Source of the DNA: an uncultured Chloroflexia bacterium
GTDB lineage: Bacteria; Chloroflexota; Limnocylindria; Limnocylindrales; CSP1-4
Assembly (NCBI GenBank): GCA_963819655.1
Contig: CAWFXA010000002.1
Span: 1,504,001-1,568,000 of the forward strand
Direction of reading: 5' to 3'
DNA length: 64,000 nt
The stretch's first letter is position 1; the number at the start of each line of letters is the position of its first letter. The notes under the pieces were generated by a model, which did not search any database, was not told where the DNA came from, and saw nothing but the letters and a program-made list of their open reading frames with translations. A program made the position numbers and the translations under genes. Of the stretch, positions 40,636 to 49,699 are shown piece after piece.

Positions 40636-42257
40636 GCGATCTCGCCGCCCACGACCGTCATGTGGACCGCCACATCGGCGATGGCGGCGGTCGGTGTCGC
40701 GAACAGATCGGCGTCGAGAACGACGACATCCGCGAGCTTGCCGACCTCCAGCGTGCCGAGGCGGTCGTCCGCGAAATACGAGGCTGCGGCATCGATCGTG
40801 CAGGCGCGGACCGCTTCGTCGACGCTGAGCGCCTGGTCGCCGCCGATGACGTCGCCGGAGACCGTCGTGCGGAGCACGGCCGATGCGATCGTGTCCATCG
40901 GTCGGTGCGATGCGACCGGTGCGTCGCTGGACAGCGCGAACCGGACGCCGGCGTCGATCATCTCGCGGTAGGGCTGCAGCCGATGCGCGCGCTCCGCATC
41001 GAGGACGCGCAGCCAGGCATCGCCGGCATCCCAGAAGTAGCGGGGCTGGCCGACGACCATGACCCCAAGCCGTGCGATCCGCTCGATCTGGTCGGGGCGC
41101 GGGCCGCCGCAATGCTCGATCCGGTGGCGGTGATCGTCACGGGGATGTGCCCGCAGCGCCGCCTCGTACGCGTCGAGCACCCGGTCGATGGCCCGGTCGC
41201 CCTGGGCGTGGACGCCGATCTGCCAGCCCGCCGCGTGCGCTCGCGTGATCGCTTCCCTGAAGTCATCCTCCGAACTCCAGTACAGGGAGCCCGTGAACTC
41301 GCCCTCGGGTCCATACGGCTTCGTGAACGACGCGGTGCCACCGGTCAGGGCCCCATCGGCGTAGAACTTCATCGGTCCTATCGCCAGCCGGTCGTCACCG
41401 AACCGCCCGGCGAGACCGAGCGCCTCGAACGCATCGAGCTGCGACGAGATCGGCATCGCCGTGAGGCGGACGCCGAGGAGCCCGCGTTCGCGGGCGACGC
41501 GGTAGCCGCTCAGCTCTCGCCGCGTGACCTGCGCATCGACGATCGACGTGATGCCCGCGGCGAGCGATGCGCGCACACCGCGATCGATGTCGGCGACGAT
41601 CTCCTCGAGCGGCGCGTCGTCATGGAAGCCCGGTCCGTGATGGCCGATGTCGACCGCAGCCGGGACGACGAGCTGCTGCGCCGCGTCGAGGCAGTAGCCG
41701 GTCAGGCGACCGCGATCGTCGCGGACGAGGTGACCGCCCTCCGGGTCGGCGACCGAGTCGTCCAGCCCGCGTCTCTCGAGCCCCAGGCTGTTCGCCAGCG
41801 CGTGATGTCCGCTCATGTGCTGGACGAGGACCGGGTGGACGCGTGTCGCCTCGTCGATGTCCCAACGGGTCGGCAGCCGCCCGTCGCCGAACATCTCCGG
41901 GTTCATCCCGGCGGCGCGGATCCACGTCCCGTCCGGCGTCCGCTCGGCGGCCTCCGCGAGACGCCCGACGAGATCCGCGATCGATGCCACGCCCGGGTAG
42001 CGCACGTCGACGGCGGCGAGCTCCGCTCCGGTGAAGGCGAGGTGGTGGTGTGCATCGACGAACCCGGGCAGGATCGATCGTCCGTGGACGTCGACCTGCC
42101 GGGCGTCTGGTGGAGCCGCGGCGCGCGCGGCAGCGTCACCGCCGACCGCCACGATCCGCTCGCCGACGATCGCGACGCCTCCGGTGAACGGCGGTTCTCC
42201 GGGCCGTGCCGTGAAGACGCGGCCGTTGAGCAGGACGAGACCGGCCATCGTCGTCAT
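40590..42257 (-). CDS. amidohydrolase, YtcJ-like (Amidohydro_3)
   Basis: PGFVDAHHH, KFYADG, VHAQGD, RIEH, SSDAP, GTLEVGKLADVVVL. Confidence 0.92.
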   Translation of the reverse strand: MTTMAGLVLLNGRVFTARPGEPPFTGGVAIVGERIVAVGGDAAARAAAPPDARQVDVHGRSILPGFVDAHHHLAFTGAELAAVDVRYPGVASIADLVGRLAEAAERTPDGTWIRAAGMNPEMFGDGRLPTRWDIDEATRVHPVLVQHMSGHHALANSLGLERRGLDDSVADPEGGHLVRDDRGRLTGYCLDAAQQLVVPAAVDIGHHGPGFHDDAPLEEIVADIDRGVRASLAAGITSIVDAQVTRRELSGYRVARERGLLGVRLTAMPISSQLDAFEALGLAGRFGDDRLAIGPMKFYADGALTGGTASFTKPYGPEGEFTGSLYWSSEDDFREAITRAHAAGWQIGVHAQGDRAIDRVLDAYEAALRAHPRDDHRHRIEHCGGPRPDQIERIARLGVMVVGQPRYFWDAGDAWLRVLDAERAHRLQPYREMIDAGVRFALSSDAPVASHRPMDTIASAVLRTTVSGDVIGGDQALSVDEAVRACTIDAAASYFADDRLGTLEVGKLADVVVLDADLFATPTAAIADVAVHMTVVGGEIAYAAERRTATSDSIS

Positions 42258-42385
42258 CTTCGCATCTCCGCTCGACCGGTTCGGAACGGATTGGTCGCGC
42301 CTTGCGCCCGGGACTACGATGCATCGGTCCGGTTCGGAGGAGCACGCTGGTCTGGCCGCAGGGCGGCCGAAGAGGAGGTTCGAGC

Positions 42386-43531
42386 ATGCGTCGCTGGACA
42401 ACTGTCGCCGCGTTCCTCGCGGCCATCGCGATCGTCGCCGGGTGTACGGGAGGCGGTGGCGCGGCCACCGGCTCGGTCTCGTCGCCCGCGCCTGCGTCGG
42501 CGCCGGCCAGCGAGCCCGCGGCGAGCGCTTCGGGAAGCGCGGCCGCCGATTCACCGGCGTGCAACCCGCCCCGGCAGGAGGGCGTCACGCTGACGTTCGT
42601 GTCGTTCGGCGGCGTGTACCAGGAAGCCCAGCGCAAGGCTTGGCTGGCGCCCTATACGGAGCTCACCGGCGTCCAATTCACCGAGGATGAGAGCTCCTCG
42701 AACGCGACGATCAAGGCCCAGGTCGAAGCCGGAGAGGTGACCTGGGATGTCGTCGACGTGGGGAACGACTTCGGGCTCGATGTCCACGCGGACCTGCTCG
42801 AGCCGCTCGACTTCTCGCTGATCCCGCGCGACGAGCTGAACGCCGACCTCGGGATCACGGATTACCGGATCCCCGACATCACGTACGGGGTCGTCCTCGC
42901 GTACAACACCGAAGCCACGGCCGGGGCGGTGCCCGAGGGCTGGGCGGACTACTTCGACACCGCCAAGATCCCCGGCAAGCGCGGTGCGTGGGACTACTCC
43001 GAAGGCGGCATGTTCGAGTTCGCCTTGATGGCCGACGGCGTCGCCCCGGCCGACCTGTACCCGCTCGACCTGCCGCGGGCGACCGCCAAGCTGAACACCA
43101 TCAAGGACGACATCGTGTTCTGGGCCTCGGGCGCCGAGTCGCAGGAGCTGATCGGCTCCGGTGAAGTCGCCATGACGATGATCTGGAACGGGCGTGGCTG
43201 GAGCGCGAAGAACATCGACAACAAGCCCGTCGAGATGCAGTGGAACCAGCAGATCGTGACGGCCGACTACCTGGTCGTGCCGAAGGGCTCGCCGAACAAG
43301 GATGCTGCGATGAAGTTCATCGCGTACACGGCCTGCGCGGCGAACAACGCCGGGCCGTCTGAGTTCATCCCGTACGGCCCGACGAACAAGAACTCCACAC
43401 CAAATCCGGCGATGGTCAACGACCTGTCGGTCACCAACGCCGACGAGAACTCGGCTTACTTCGACGACACGTACCTTGCCGAAAAGTTCGACGAGATCGA
43501 CGCCGCGTGGCAGGCCTGGAAGGGGTCCTGA
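42386..43531 (+). CDS. polyamine-type ABC transporter substrate-binding lipoprotein (PotD-like)
   Basis: Lipobox VAG-C; SFGGVYQ, WDVVD, WNGR, VVPKG; GAGGAGG RBS. Confidence 0.88.
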   Translation: MRRWTTVAAFLAAIAIVAGCTGGGGAATGSVSSPAPASAPASEPAASASGSAAADSPACNPPRQEGVTLTFVSFGGVYQEAQRKAWLAPYTELTGVQFTEDESSSNATIKAQVEAGEVTWDVVDVGNDFGLDVHADLLEPLDFSLIPRDELNADLGITDYRIPDITYGVVLAYNTEATAGAVPEGWADYFDTAKIPGKRGAWDYSEGGMFEFALMADGVAPADLYPLDLPRATAKLNTIKDDIVFWASGAESQELIGSGEVAMTMIWNGRGWSAKNIDNKPVEMQWNQQIVTADYLVVPKGSPNKDAAMKFIAYTACAANNAGPSEFIPYGPTNKNSTPNPAMVNDLSVTNADENSAYFDDTYLAEKFDEIDAAWQAWKGS

Positions 43532-43557
43532 CCGTCTTGCCCGCGTGTGACTGACGG

Positions 43558-44448
43558 ATGACGTCCGTCGGCGGGGCTCGCAGACGCCCCTGGCTCGACC
43601 GTGTCCGCCCCCGTGCGGACGGCTGGTCGCTGCTTGCCCTGCCGGCGGTCATCTTCCTCGGTGTCTTCTTCCTCGTCCCGCTCGTGGCGATGAGCGTGCG
43701 CAGCGTCACGGATCCGCCCGGCGCGGGGCTTGCGAATTACGAGCAGTTCTTCGGGCAAGCGGCGTACATCCGCATCCTCATGAACACGTTCTGGATCGCG
43801 CTGCTGGCGACGGTCGCCTGCCTCGTGATCGGCTACCCGTTCGCCTACCTCATGACAATCGTGCCCGGCCGGCTGGCCGGGCTGCTGCTGATCGCGGTCC
43901 TGCTGCCGTTCTGGTCGAGCCTGCTCGTGCGCACGTTCGCGTGGCAGATCCTGCTTCGGGATACGGGCATCATCAACCGGTTCCTGCTCGATCTCGGAGT
44001 GATCAGCGAGCCGCTCACGCTGATCCGCACCACGGGTGGCGTGATCCTCGGCATGTCGCACATCCTGCTGCCGTTCATGGTGCTGCCGCTCTACGCGGTC
44101 ATGCGCCGGATCGACCCGGAATTCGGCCGCGCCGCCGCGAACCTGGGCGCCTCACCGCTGGCGGCTTTCCTCCGCGTCTTCGTCCCGCTCAGCCTGCCCG
44201 GGGTGCTCGCCGGCTGCCTGCTCGTGTTCATCCTGGCACTCGGCTTCTACATCACCCCGGCGCTGCTCGGTGGCCTGCGCGATCAGATGATCAGCCAGCT
44301 CATCGTGCAGCAGATCCAGCAGCGCCTGGACTGGGGCTTCGGCACGGCGATGAGCGTGCTCCTCGTCGGCATCACGCTGGTCATCCTGTTCGTGGCGTCA
44401 CGCGCGATCCGGCTGCGCGACGTGTTCGGCAGCGTGGTCGAGGACTAG
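43558..44448 (+). CDS. ABC permease, PotB-like
   Basis: LPFWSSLLVRTFAW, LPFMVLPLY, AAANLGA, PLSLPG. Confidence 0.92.
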   Translation: MTSVGGARRRPWLDRVRPRADGWSLLALPAVIFLGVFFLVPLVAMSVRSVTDPPGAGLANYEQFFGQAAYIRILMNTFWIALLATVACLVIGYPFAYLMTIVPGRLAGLLLIAVLLPFWSSLLVRTFAWQILLRDTGIINRFLLDLGVISEPLTLIRTTGGVILGMSHILLPFMVLPLYAVMRRIDPEFGRAAANLGASPLAAFLRVFVPLSLPGVLAGCLLVFILALGFYITPALLGGLRDQMISQLIVQQIQQRLDWGFGTAMSVLLVGITLVILFVASRAIRLRDVFGSVVED

Positions 44449-44451
44449 CCC

Positions 44452-45249
44452 GTGAGCAATTCCTGGCGGCAGCCGCGACGGATCCTCATGGCGGCTCTCG
44501 GCGGCCTGACGGTCTTCTACCTGCTGGCGCCCACGCTGGTGATCGTCCCGATGAGCTTCACCGAGGCGCGCATCCTGAGCTTCCCGCCGGAGGGGTTCAG
44601 CCTCCAGTGGTACGAGCGCATGGTCACCGACCGGCAGTGGTCGACCGGCATCGTCAACAGCGCCCAGGTTGCGACTCTGACCGCCATCTTGGCGACGGTC
44701 CTCGGCACGCTGGCGGCGCTCGGTCTGTGTCGGGGACGATTTCCCGGGCGGACCGCGGTCAACGCTCTCACGCTCTCGCCGCTGATCGTGCCGGTCGTGG
44801 TCATCGCGATCGGGATGTTCGGGCTGTTCGTCCAGTGGCGGATCAGCGGCTCGTTGATCGGGCTGGTCGTGGCGCACACCGCGCTCGCCTTGCCGTTCGT
44901 CGCGGTCGCCGTCGGGACATCGCTCCGGACGATGGATCGCAATCTCGAGCTGGCAGCTGCCAACCTGGGCGCGGACCCACGCCGGAGCTTCTTCCACATC
45001 ACGTTCCCGATCATCCTGCCGGGCGTCCTGACCGGCGCGATCTTCGCGTTCATCACGTCGTGGGACGAGGTGGTGGTCGCGATCTTCATGACCTCGGCGC
45101 GCTTCCGCACGTTGCCGGTCGAGATGTGGGAACAGGTCCGCCAGGCGGTCGACCCGACCGTCGCCGCCGTCTCGACCACGCTGCTCGTCGTGACCACGGT
45201 GCTGCTGCTCCTGCTGCTCGTCGTGCGTCGTCAGGCGCCAGCCCAATGA
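44452..45249 (+). CDS. ABC permease, PotC-like
   Basis: FSLQWY, LELAAANLGA, FITSWDEVV, TLP. Confidence 0.92.
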   Translation: MSNSWRQPRRILMAALGGLTVFYLLAPTLVIVPMSFTEARILSFPPEGFSLQWYERMVTDRQWSTGIVNSAQVATLTAILATVLGTLAALGLCRGRFPGRTAVNALTLSPLIVPVVVIAIGMFGLFVQWRISGSLIGLVVAHTALALPFVAVAVGTSLRTMDRNLELAAANLGADPRRSFFHITFPIILPGVLTGAIFAFITSWDEVVVAIFMTSARFRTLPVEMWEQVRQAVDPTVAAVSTTLLVVTTVLLLLLLVVRRQAPAQ

Positions 45250-46406
45250 CCGCTCCCGGCGATCTCGGCGAGGCGCGGATGACGAGCAGCACGTCGGATG
45301 ACCGGCCCGCCCTGGTCCTGCGCGGGCTGCGCAAGTCGTTCGGGAGCGCGGTCGCGGTCGACGGCATCGATCTCGAGGTCCGGCGCGGGGAGTTCGTGAC
45401 GCTGCTCGGCCCGTCCGGATCGGGCAAGACGACGACGCTTCGGATGGTCGCCGGTTTCATGAGCCCGAGCGGAGGCTCGATCGAGATCGACGGCGGCGAC
45501 ATGACGCGCGTCCCGCCCTATCGGCGGGATGTCGGCATGGTCTTCCAGAACTACGCGTTGTTCCCGCACATGACCGCCGCCCAGAACGTCGCGTTCCCAC
45601 TGCGCATGCGCGGGCGGCCGCGGGCCGAGATCGACCGTCGCGTGGCCGACGCGCTCGGCCTGGTGAAGCTCGGCGACCTCGGCGATCGCTACCCACGCCA
45701 GCTGTCGGGTGGGCAGCAACAGCGGATCGCGCTCGCGCGCGCGGTCGTCTTCGAACCGCGCGTCCTGCTGATGGACGAGCCGCTCGGCGCGCTCGACCGC
45801 AAGCTCCGCGAATCGCTCCAGCTCGAGATCATCCGCGTGAGCCGGCAACTCGGGTCGACCGTCCTGTACGTGACGCACGACCAGGAGGAGGCCCTGGTCA
45901 TGAGCGACCGGATCGCGATCTTCAGCGCGGGCCGCATCGAGCAGCTGGGGAGCGGCGAGGACCTCTATGACCGCCCATCGTCGCTGTTCGTGGCCGACTT
46001 CATCGGCGAGTCGAACATCCTGCGCGGCCGGTACGAGGTCGACGGCGCGGACGGCCCGTGGATGACACGCGGCCAGTCGCGCTGGCGGATCGGACGGGCC
46101 GCGGCCGAGCGCGCCGCGCTCGAGGCCGGGTCCGCGGCGGCCCTCGTCGTACGACCCGAGCGGATCCACCTCGTCGATGCGGCGTCCGCTGGCGGGCCGG
46201 GCATGAACGTCGTCGATGCGACCGTCGACGAGGTGCTCTACCTGGGGCCCGACACGAAGTACCAGCTCGCACTGGAGAACGGCCAGCGGATGGTGGTCCG
46301 CGAACCCCGCGAGGGGAGCGGCCGCGAGCTGCAACGCGGCGACGCGGTGCGGTTGGGTTGGTCCGTGGAGGACGGTCTGCTCGTGGCCGACCCGGGGAGC
46401 AGCTAG
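45246..46406 (+). CDS. ABC ATPase, PotA-like
   Basis: GPSGSGKT, VFQNYALFPH, LSGGQQQR, MDEPLGALD, C-terminal TOBE domain. Confidence 0.94.
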   Translation: MTAPGDLGEARMTSSTSDDRPALVLRGLRKSFGSAVAVDGIDLEVRRGEFVTLLGPSGSGKTTTLRMVAGFMSPSGGSIEIDGGDMTRVPPYRRDVGMVFQNYALFPHMTAAQNVAFPLRMRGRPRAEIDRRVADALGLVKLGDLGDRYPRQLSGGQQQRIALARAVVFEPRVLLMDEPLGALDRKLRESLQLEIIRVSRQLGSTVLYVTHDQEEALVMSDRIAIFSAGRIEQLGSGEDLYDRPSSLFVADFIGESNILRGRYEVDGADGPWMTRGQSRWRIGRAAAERAALEAGSAAALVVRPERIHLVDAASAGGPGMNVVDATVDEVLYLGPDTKYQLALENGQRMVVREPREGSGRELQRGDAVRLGWSVEDGLLVADPGSS

Positions 46407-46465
46407 GGCATCGGCTTGACGGGGCCATCGGGGCCTCGTATCGTGCTACTCGTGAGTAGCGCGTT

Positions 46466-47194
46466 ATGAGGCGTTCGGGCCGGCCGTGGGTGATGCGCAT
46501 GCGCTGGTACGACCTGCTCTTCGCGCACTGGCCGGTCGACGCCGATGTCCTGCGACCGCTCGTTCCATCGGCACTGGACATCGACACGTTCGACGGGCGG
46601 GCCTACGTCGGGATCGTCCCGTTCGGGATGGAGGACGTCGCCCCGCGCGGCCTGCCGGCGCTGCCGGGCATCGGCGCGTTCCCGGAGGTCAATGTGCGCA
46701 CCTACGTCCGTCAAGACGGCGTCGACGGGGTGTGGTTCTTCAGCCTCGACGCCGGCAGCCGTGTCGCGGTCGAGGCCGCCCGGGCGGGCTTCCACCTGCC
46801 GTACTACAAGGCCGCCATGGCGATCGAGCGGCAGGACGAGGCGATCGACTTCCGATCAGAACGGTGTGACCGACGCGGCCGTCCAGCCGTCCTCGACGTT
46901 CGGTACAGACCGACCGGCCCGGTCGAACGGGCGGCCCCGGGATCGCTGGAGGCGTGGCTCACGGCACGACTCCGACTCTTCGCGATCGACGGTCGCGGGC
47001 GGCTGACACGGACCGAGATCCGTCACGCGCCGTGGCCGCTCCGCCCCGCGGAGGCCGAATTCAGATCCGAGTCGCTCGCCGCCGCTCAGGGCATCCGCCT
47101 GCCAGACGAGCCTCCCCACCTGCGGTTCGCCGATCGCCTCGATGTGGTCGCCTGGTGGCCGCGCCGTGTCGACGCGGCTCGGGACAGATCCTAG
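46466..47194 (+). CDS. YqjF/DUF2071-family protein
   Basis: W.DLLFAHW, FPEVNVRTYV, GVWFFSLDA, LPYY, H.PWPL. Confidence 0.88.
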   Translation: MRRSGRPWVMRMRWYDLLFAHWPVDADVLRPLVPSALDIDTFDGRAYVGIVPFGMEDVAPRGLPALPGIGAFPEVNVRTYVRQDGVDGVWFFSLDAGSRVAVEAARAGFHLPYYKAAMAIERQDEAIDFRSERCDRRGRPAVLDVRYRPTGPVERAAPGSLEAWLTARLRLFAIDGRGRLTRTEIRHAPWPLRPAEAEFRSESLAAAQGIRLPDEPPHLRFADRLDVVAWWPRRVDAARDRS

Positions 47195-47286
47195 GCGCGC
47201 CCCATGTTCGCCTGCACGGTCCGGATGATGAACCAGATCTCCAGAGCCGCGATCACGATCAGGGCGATGCCGACGACCATCTCCAC
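47191..47286 (-). CDS. 31-aa single-pass small membrane protein (not in ORF track)
   Basis: AAGGGAG RBS, GTG start, MEMVVGIALIVIAALEIWFIIRTVQANMGRA*; stop overlaps the yqjF stop. Confidence 0.55.
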   Translation of the reverse strand: MEMVVGIALIVIAALEIWFIIRTVQANMGRA

Positions 47287-47378
47287 GGGGTCTGCTCCCT
47301 TCGACTCGGCGCGCCGGGCAGTGGCGAGCGCCGAGCGCATCATGCGCCGCCCGCCTGCGGCGCTGCAATGCGTTGCGC

Positions 47379-47879
47379 CTAGTACGGGGGTGGGAGCTCG
47401 AGATCGAACTGACGGGCAAGCACCGCCATGTCCTGGCGATCGATGGGCCGTGGTTCATAGCCCAGGTGGAATGCGATGAGCAGCTCTGGCGTGAGGCAGC
47501 GCACCGTGCGGCCGCCGATGCGGCCGGCCGCATCCGTCGAGCCCGGTGGGTAGACGAAGCGCTCGCCGGCGAACCCATCCTGGATCCCCCTGCCATCGGA
47601 GCCCCAGGCGACCGGGTGGAGGTCGACCGTCCGGCGGCCGTCGCCGAGCGTGAGTCGGGCAGGTCGCTCGTCGAGGTCGACGCGCAGGCCGATCCGGCCG
47701 AGGACGCCGATCGCGCGGTCTATCAGGGTGGTGTCGATGGCGAGATCGAGGTCGCCGTGCTCGCGGGTCACCCGGCCGACCAGGGCATCGACAGCCCAGC
47801 CACCGGCGACCGAAACGGGGATGGCGCGGTCCTCGAGGACGTCCAGGATGGCAAGAACGTCGTCCTCCGTCATCGCCAT
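47379..47879 (-). CDS. nucleotidyltransferase, LnuA/ANT(2'')-like family
   Basis: GGWAVDALVGRVTREHGDLD, VDLHP, FHLGY; ATGA overlap with the upstream gene. Confidence 0.85.
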   Translation of the reverse strand: MAMTEDDVLAILDVLEDRAIPVSVAGGWAVDALVGRVTREHGDLDLAIDTTLIDRAIGVLGRIGLRVDLDERPARLTLGDGRRTVDLHPVAWGSDGRGIQDGFAGERFVYPPGSTDAAGRIGGRTVRCLTPELLIAFHLGYEPRPIDRQDMAVLARQFDLELPPPY

Positions 47880-49654
47880 CAGGCGCGACGCGGGCGATCC
47901 TGCAGACGCGGGATGATGCTCGTCAATTCGGACGCGACGTCCACCGGGCGCGCACCGAGCGACGCCAGGAGCTCGAACACGGCGTCCCGCTCCTCGTGGC
48001 ACATCAGGACGATGACACGGGGAGCGTCGGATCCCCGGCCGTGTCCGTTGGCCGCCGCTCCTGCGCCGGCGGCACCGTTGAGCTCGGCCCGCAACGCGGC
48101 CGTCTCGGAGGCGTAGACCGGCACATCGCCCACGGCCTTGCCCCCGGCCCTCACGCCTGCCATCAGCTCACCGACCACGGACCGCGCGGTGCGCCCGCGC
48201 AGGTACCCCAGCGTCTCCTTGATCGCGACCCGCTGGGCTCGCTGCGCCGCGATCCGGCCGATGCCACGCAGCGTGTCGTCGGGGCGATCGCCGGCGGTCC
48301 CGATGATCGCAGTGATGGGGGCCGCGCGCCCAGCGCCGCCCGCGGCGATCCCCTCGGCCACGTCCAAGACGGCATCGATGCCCGCCTCGTTGTGGGCGAA
48401 GTCGACGATCACGACGCGCGAGCCCAGCCGGAACAGATTGAGCCGGCCCGGCGAATGCGTGGCCGACGGGGCGAAGGCGATGAGCCCGTCCCGGACCTGG
48501 TGGAGCGTGGCGCCCATCCCGCGCGCGCCCCCGGCCGCGGCCAACGCGTTGGCCACGTTGTGCCGCGCCAGCCCGGCGATGGTGATCGGCACGCGCGCGA
48601 TCTCGACGATCCTGGATCCGCGCTCACCTTCGAGCTCCGTGAGCCAGCCATCGCGGACGACGTAGGCCCGTCCCCCGCGCGCGACGTGCCGGCGCACGAC
48701 CGGTGGCAGGGCCGTGGCCGTCGAAAAGAACGCGACGTGTGCGCGCACCCGCCGCGCGATCGCCGCGACGAGCGGGTCGTCGCCGTTGAGCACGACCCAG
48801 CCCGATGCCTTCGTGATGCGACAGACGGTCGACTTGACCTCGGCCAGCTCGGGCAGCGTGTGGATGCCCTGCAGGTCGAGATGGTCGGACGACACGTTGG
48901 TGAGCACCGATCCCTCGTTCGATTCGTAGCCCATGCCGCGTAGCACGATCCCGCCGCGGGCAGTCTCGAGCACGGCGACGTCGATATCCGAGCGGCGCAG
49001 GATCTGCTGCGCTCCGCCTGGGCCTGTCCAGTCGCCCGGCTCGACCAGTCGCTCGTCGACGAGCACGCCGTCGGAGGTCGTGGTTCCGACCCGCCGGCCG
49101 GCCGTGAGGAGGATGTGGGTGATCAGCCGCGAGACGGTCGACTTGCCGTTCGTGCCCGAGATCGAGATCGCCGGCACCCGCCGATCGGCGTTGCGGATCC
49201 AGGGCGGCGGGGTCGTGCGCGCCGCATCGATGCGTTCGACCCAGCGGGTGAGCATCCGTTCCTGGCCGCCGGTCAGCCGCGCGGTCCGCGACGGCGACAC
49301 GTCGCGCTCTGCGAGAGCCAGGGCAGCCTCGGTCAGGATCCGCGATCGCTCCTCGCCTTTCCACGGATAGGTGACGATCCAGTGACCCGGATCGGAGGAG
49401 CGATGGACCCCCAGGCCGCCGCGGCCCTCGTCGTGGTCCGCGCGCAACCGGCGGACCCACGCGACGATCGCGGCGATCGGGTCGGGCCAGTCGCGGGCTG
49501 GGACGGCCGCGCCGAGCTGGACGAGGGCGTGGCGCCCGGGATCGCGCTGGCCGTACCAGGTCCGGCGCCGACCGACCGCGAGCTCCAATTTGACCACCGG
49601 CTCGAGCCGGTAGACGTTGGGTCCCTCCAGCATGCGGATCTCGACCACGCGCAC
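47879..49654 (-). CDS. CphA-like protein: N-domain plus Mur-ligase domain, no ATP-grasp domain
   Basis: LEGPNVYRLEPVVKLEL resembles the CphA N-terminus; GTNGKST, ETARGG, TNVSSDHL, SPGRLN, DFAHN, AGDRPD; about 591 aa. Confidence 0.85.
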   Translation of the reverse strand: MRVVEIRMLEGPNVYRLEPVVKLELAVGRRRTWYGQRDPGRHALVQLGAAVPARDWPDPIAAIVAWVRRLRADHDEGRGGLGVHRSSDPGHWIVTYPWKGEERSRILTEAALALAERDVSPSRTARLTGGQERMLTRWVERIDAARTTPPPWIRNADRRVPAISISGTNGKSTVSRLITHILLTAGRRVGTTTSDGVLVDERLVEPGDWTGPGGAQQILRRSDIDVAVLETARGGIVLRGMGYESNEGSVLTNVSSDHLDLQGIHTLPELAEVKSTVCRITKASGWVVLNGDDPLVAAIARRVRAHVAFFSTATALPPVVRRHVARGGRAYVVRDGWLTELEGERGSRIVEIARVPITIAGLARHNVANALAAAGGARGMGATLHQVRDGLIAFAPSATHSPGRLNLFRLGSRVVIVDFAHNEAGIDAVLDVAEGIAAGGAGRAAPITAIIGTAGDRPDDTLRGIGRIAAQRAQRVAIKETLGYLRGRTARSVVGELMAGVRAGGKAVGDVPVYASETAALRAELNGAAGAGAAANGHGRGSDAPRVIVLMCHEERDAVFELLASLGARPVDVASELTSIIPRLQDRPRRA

Positions 49655-49699
49655 GGTCCCGGCAGGATAGCAACCAGAGGGGTCGGTAGACTGCCCCCG

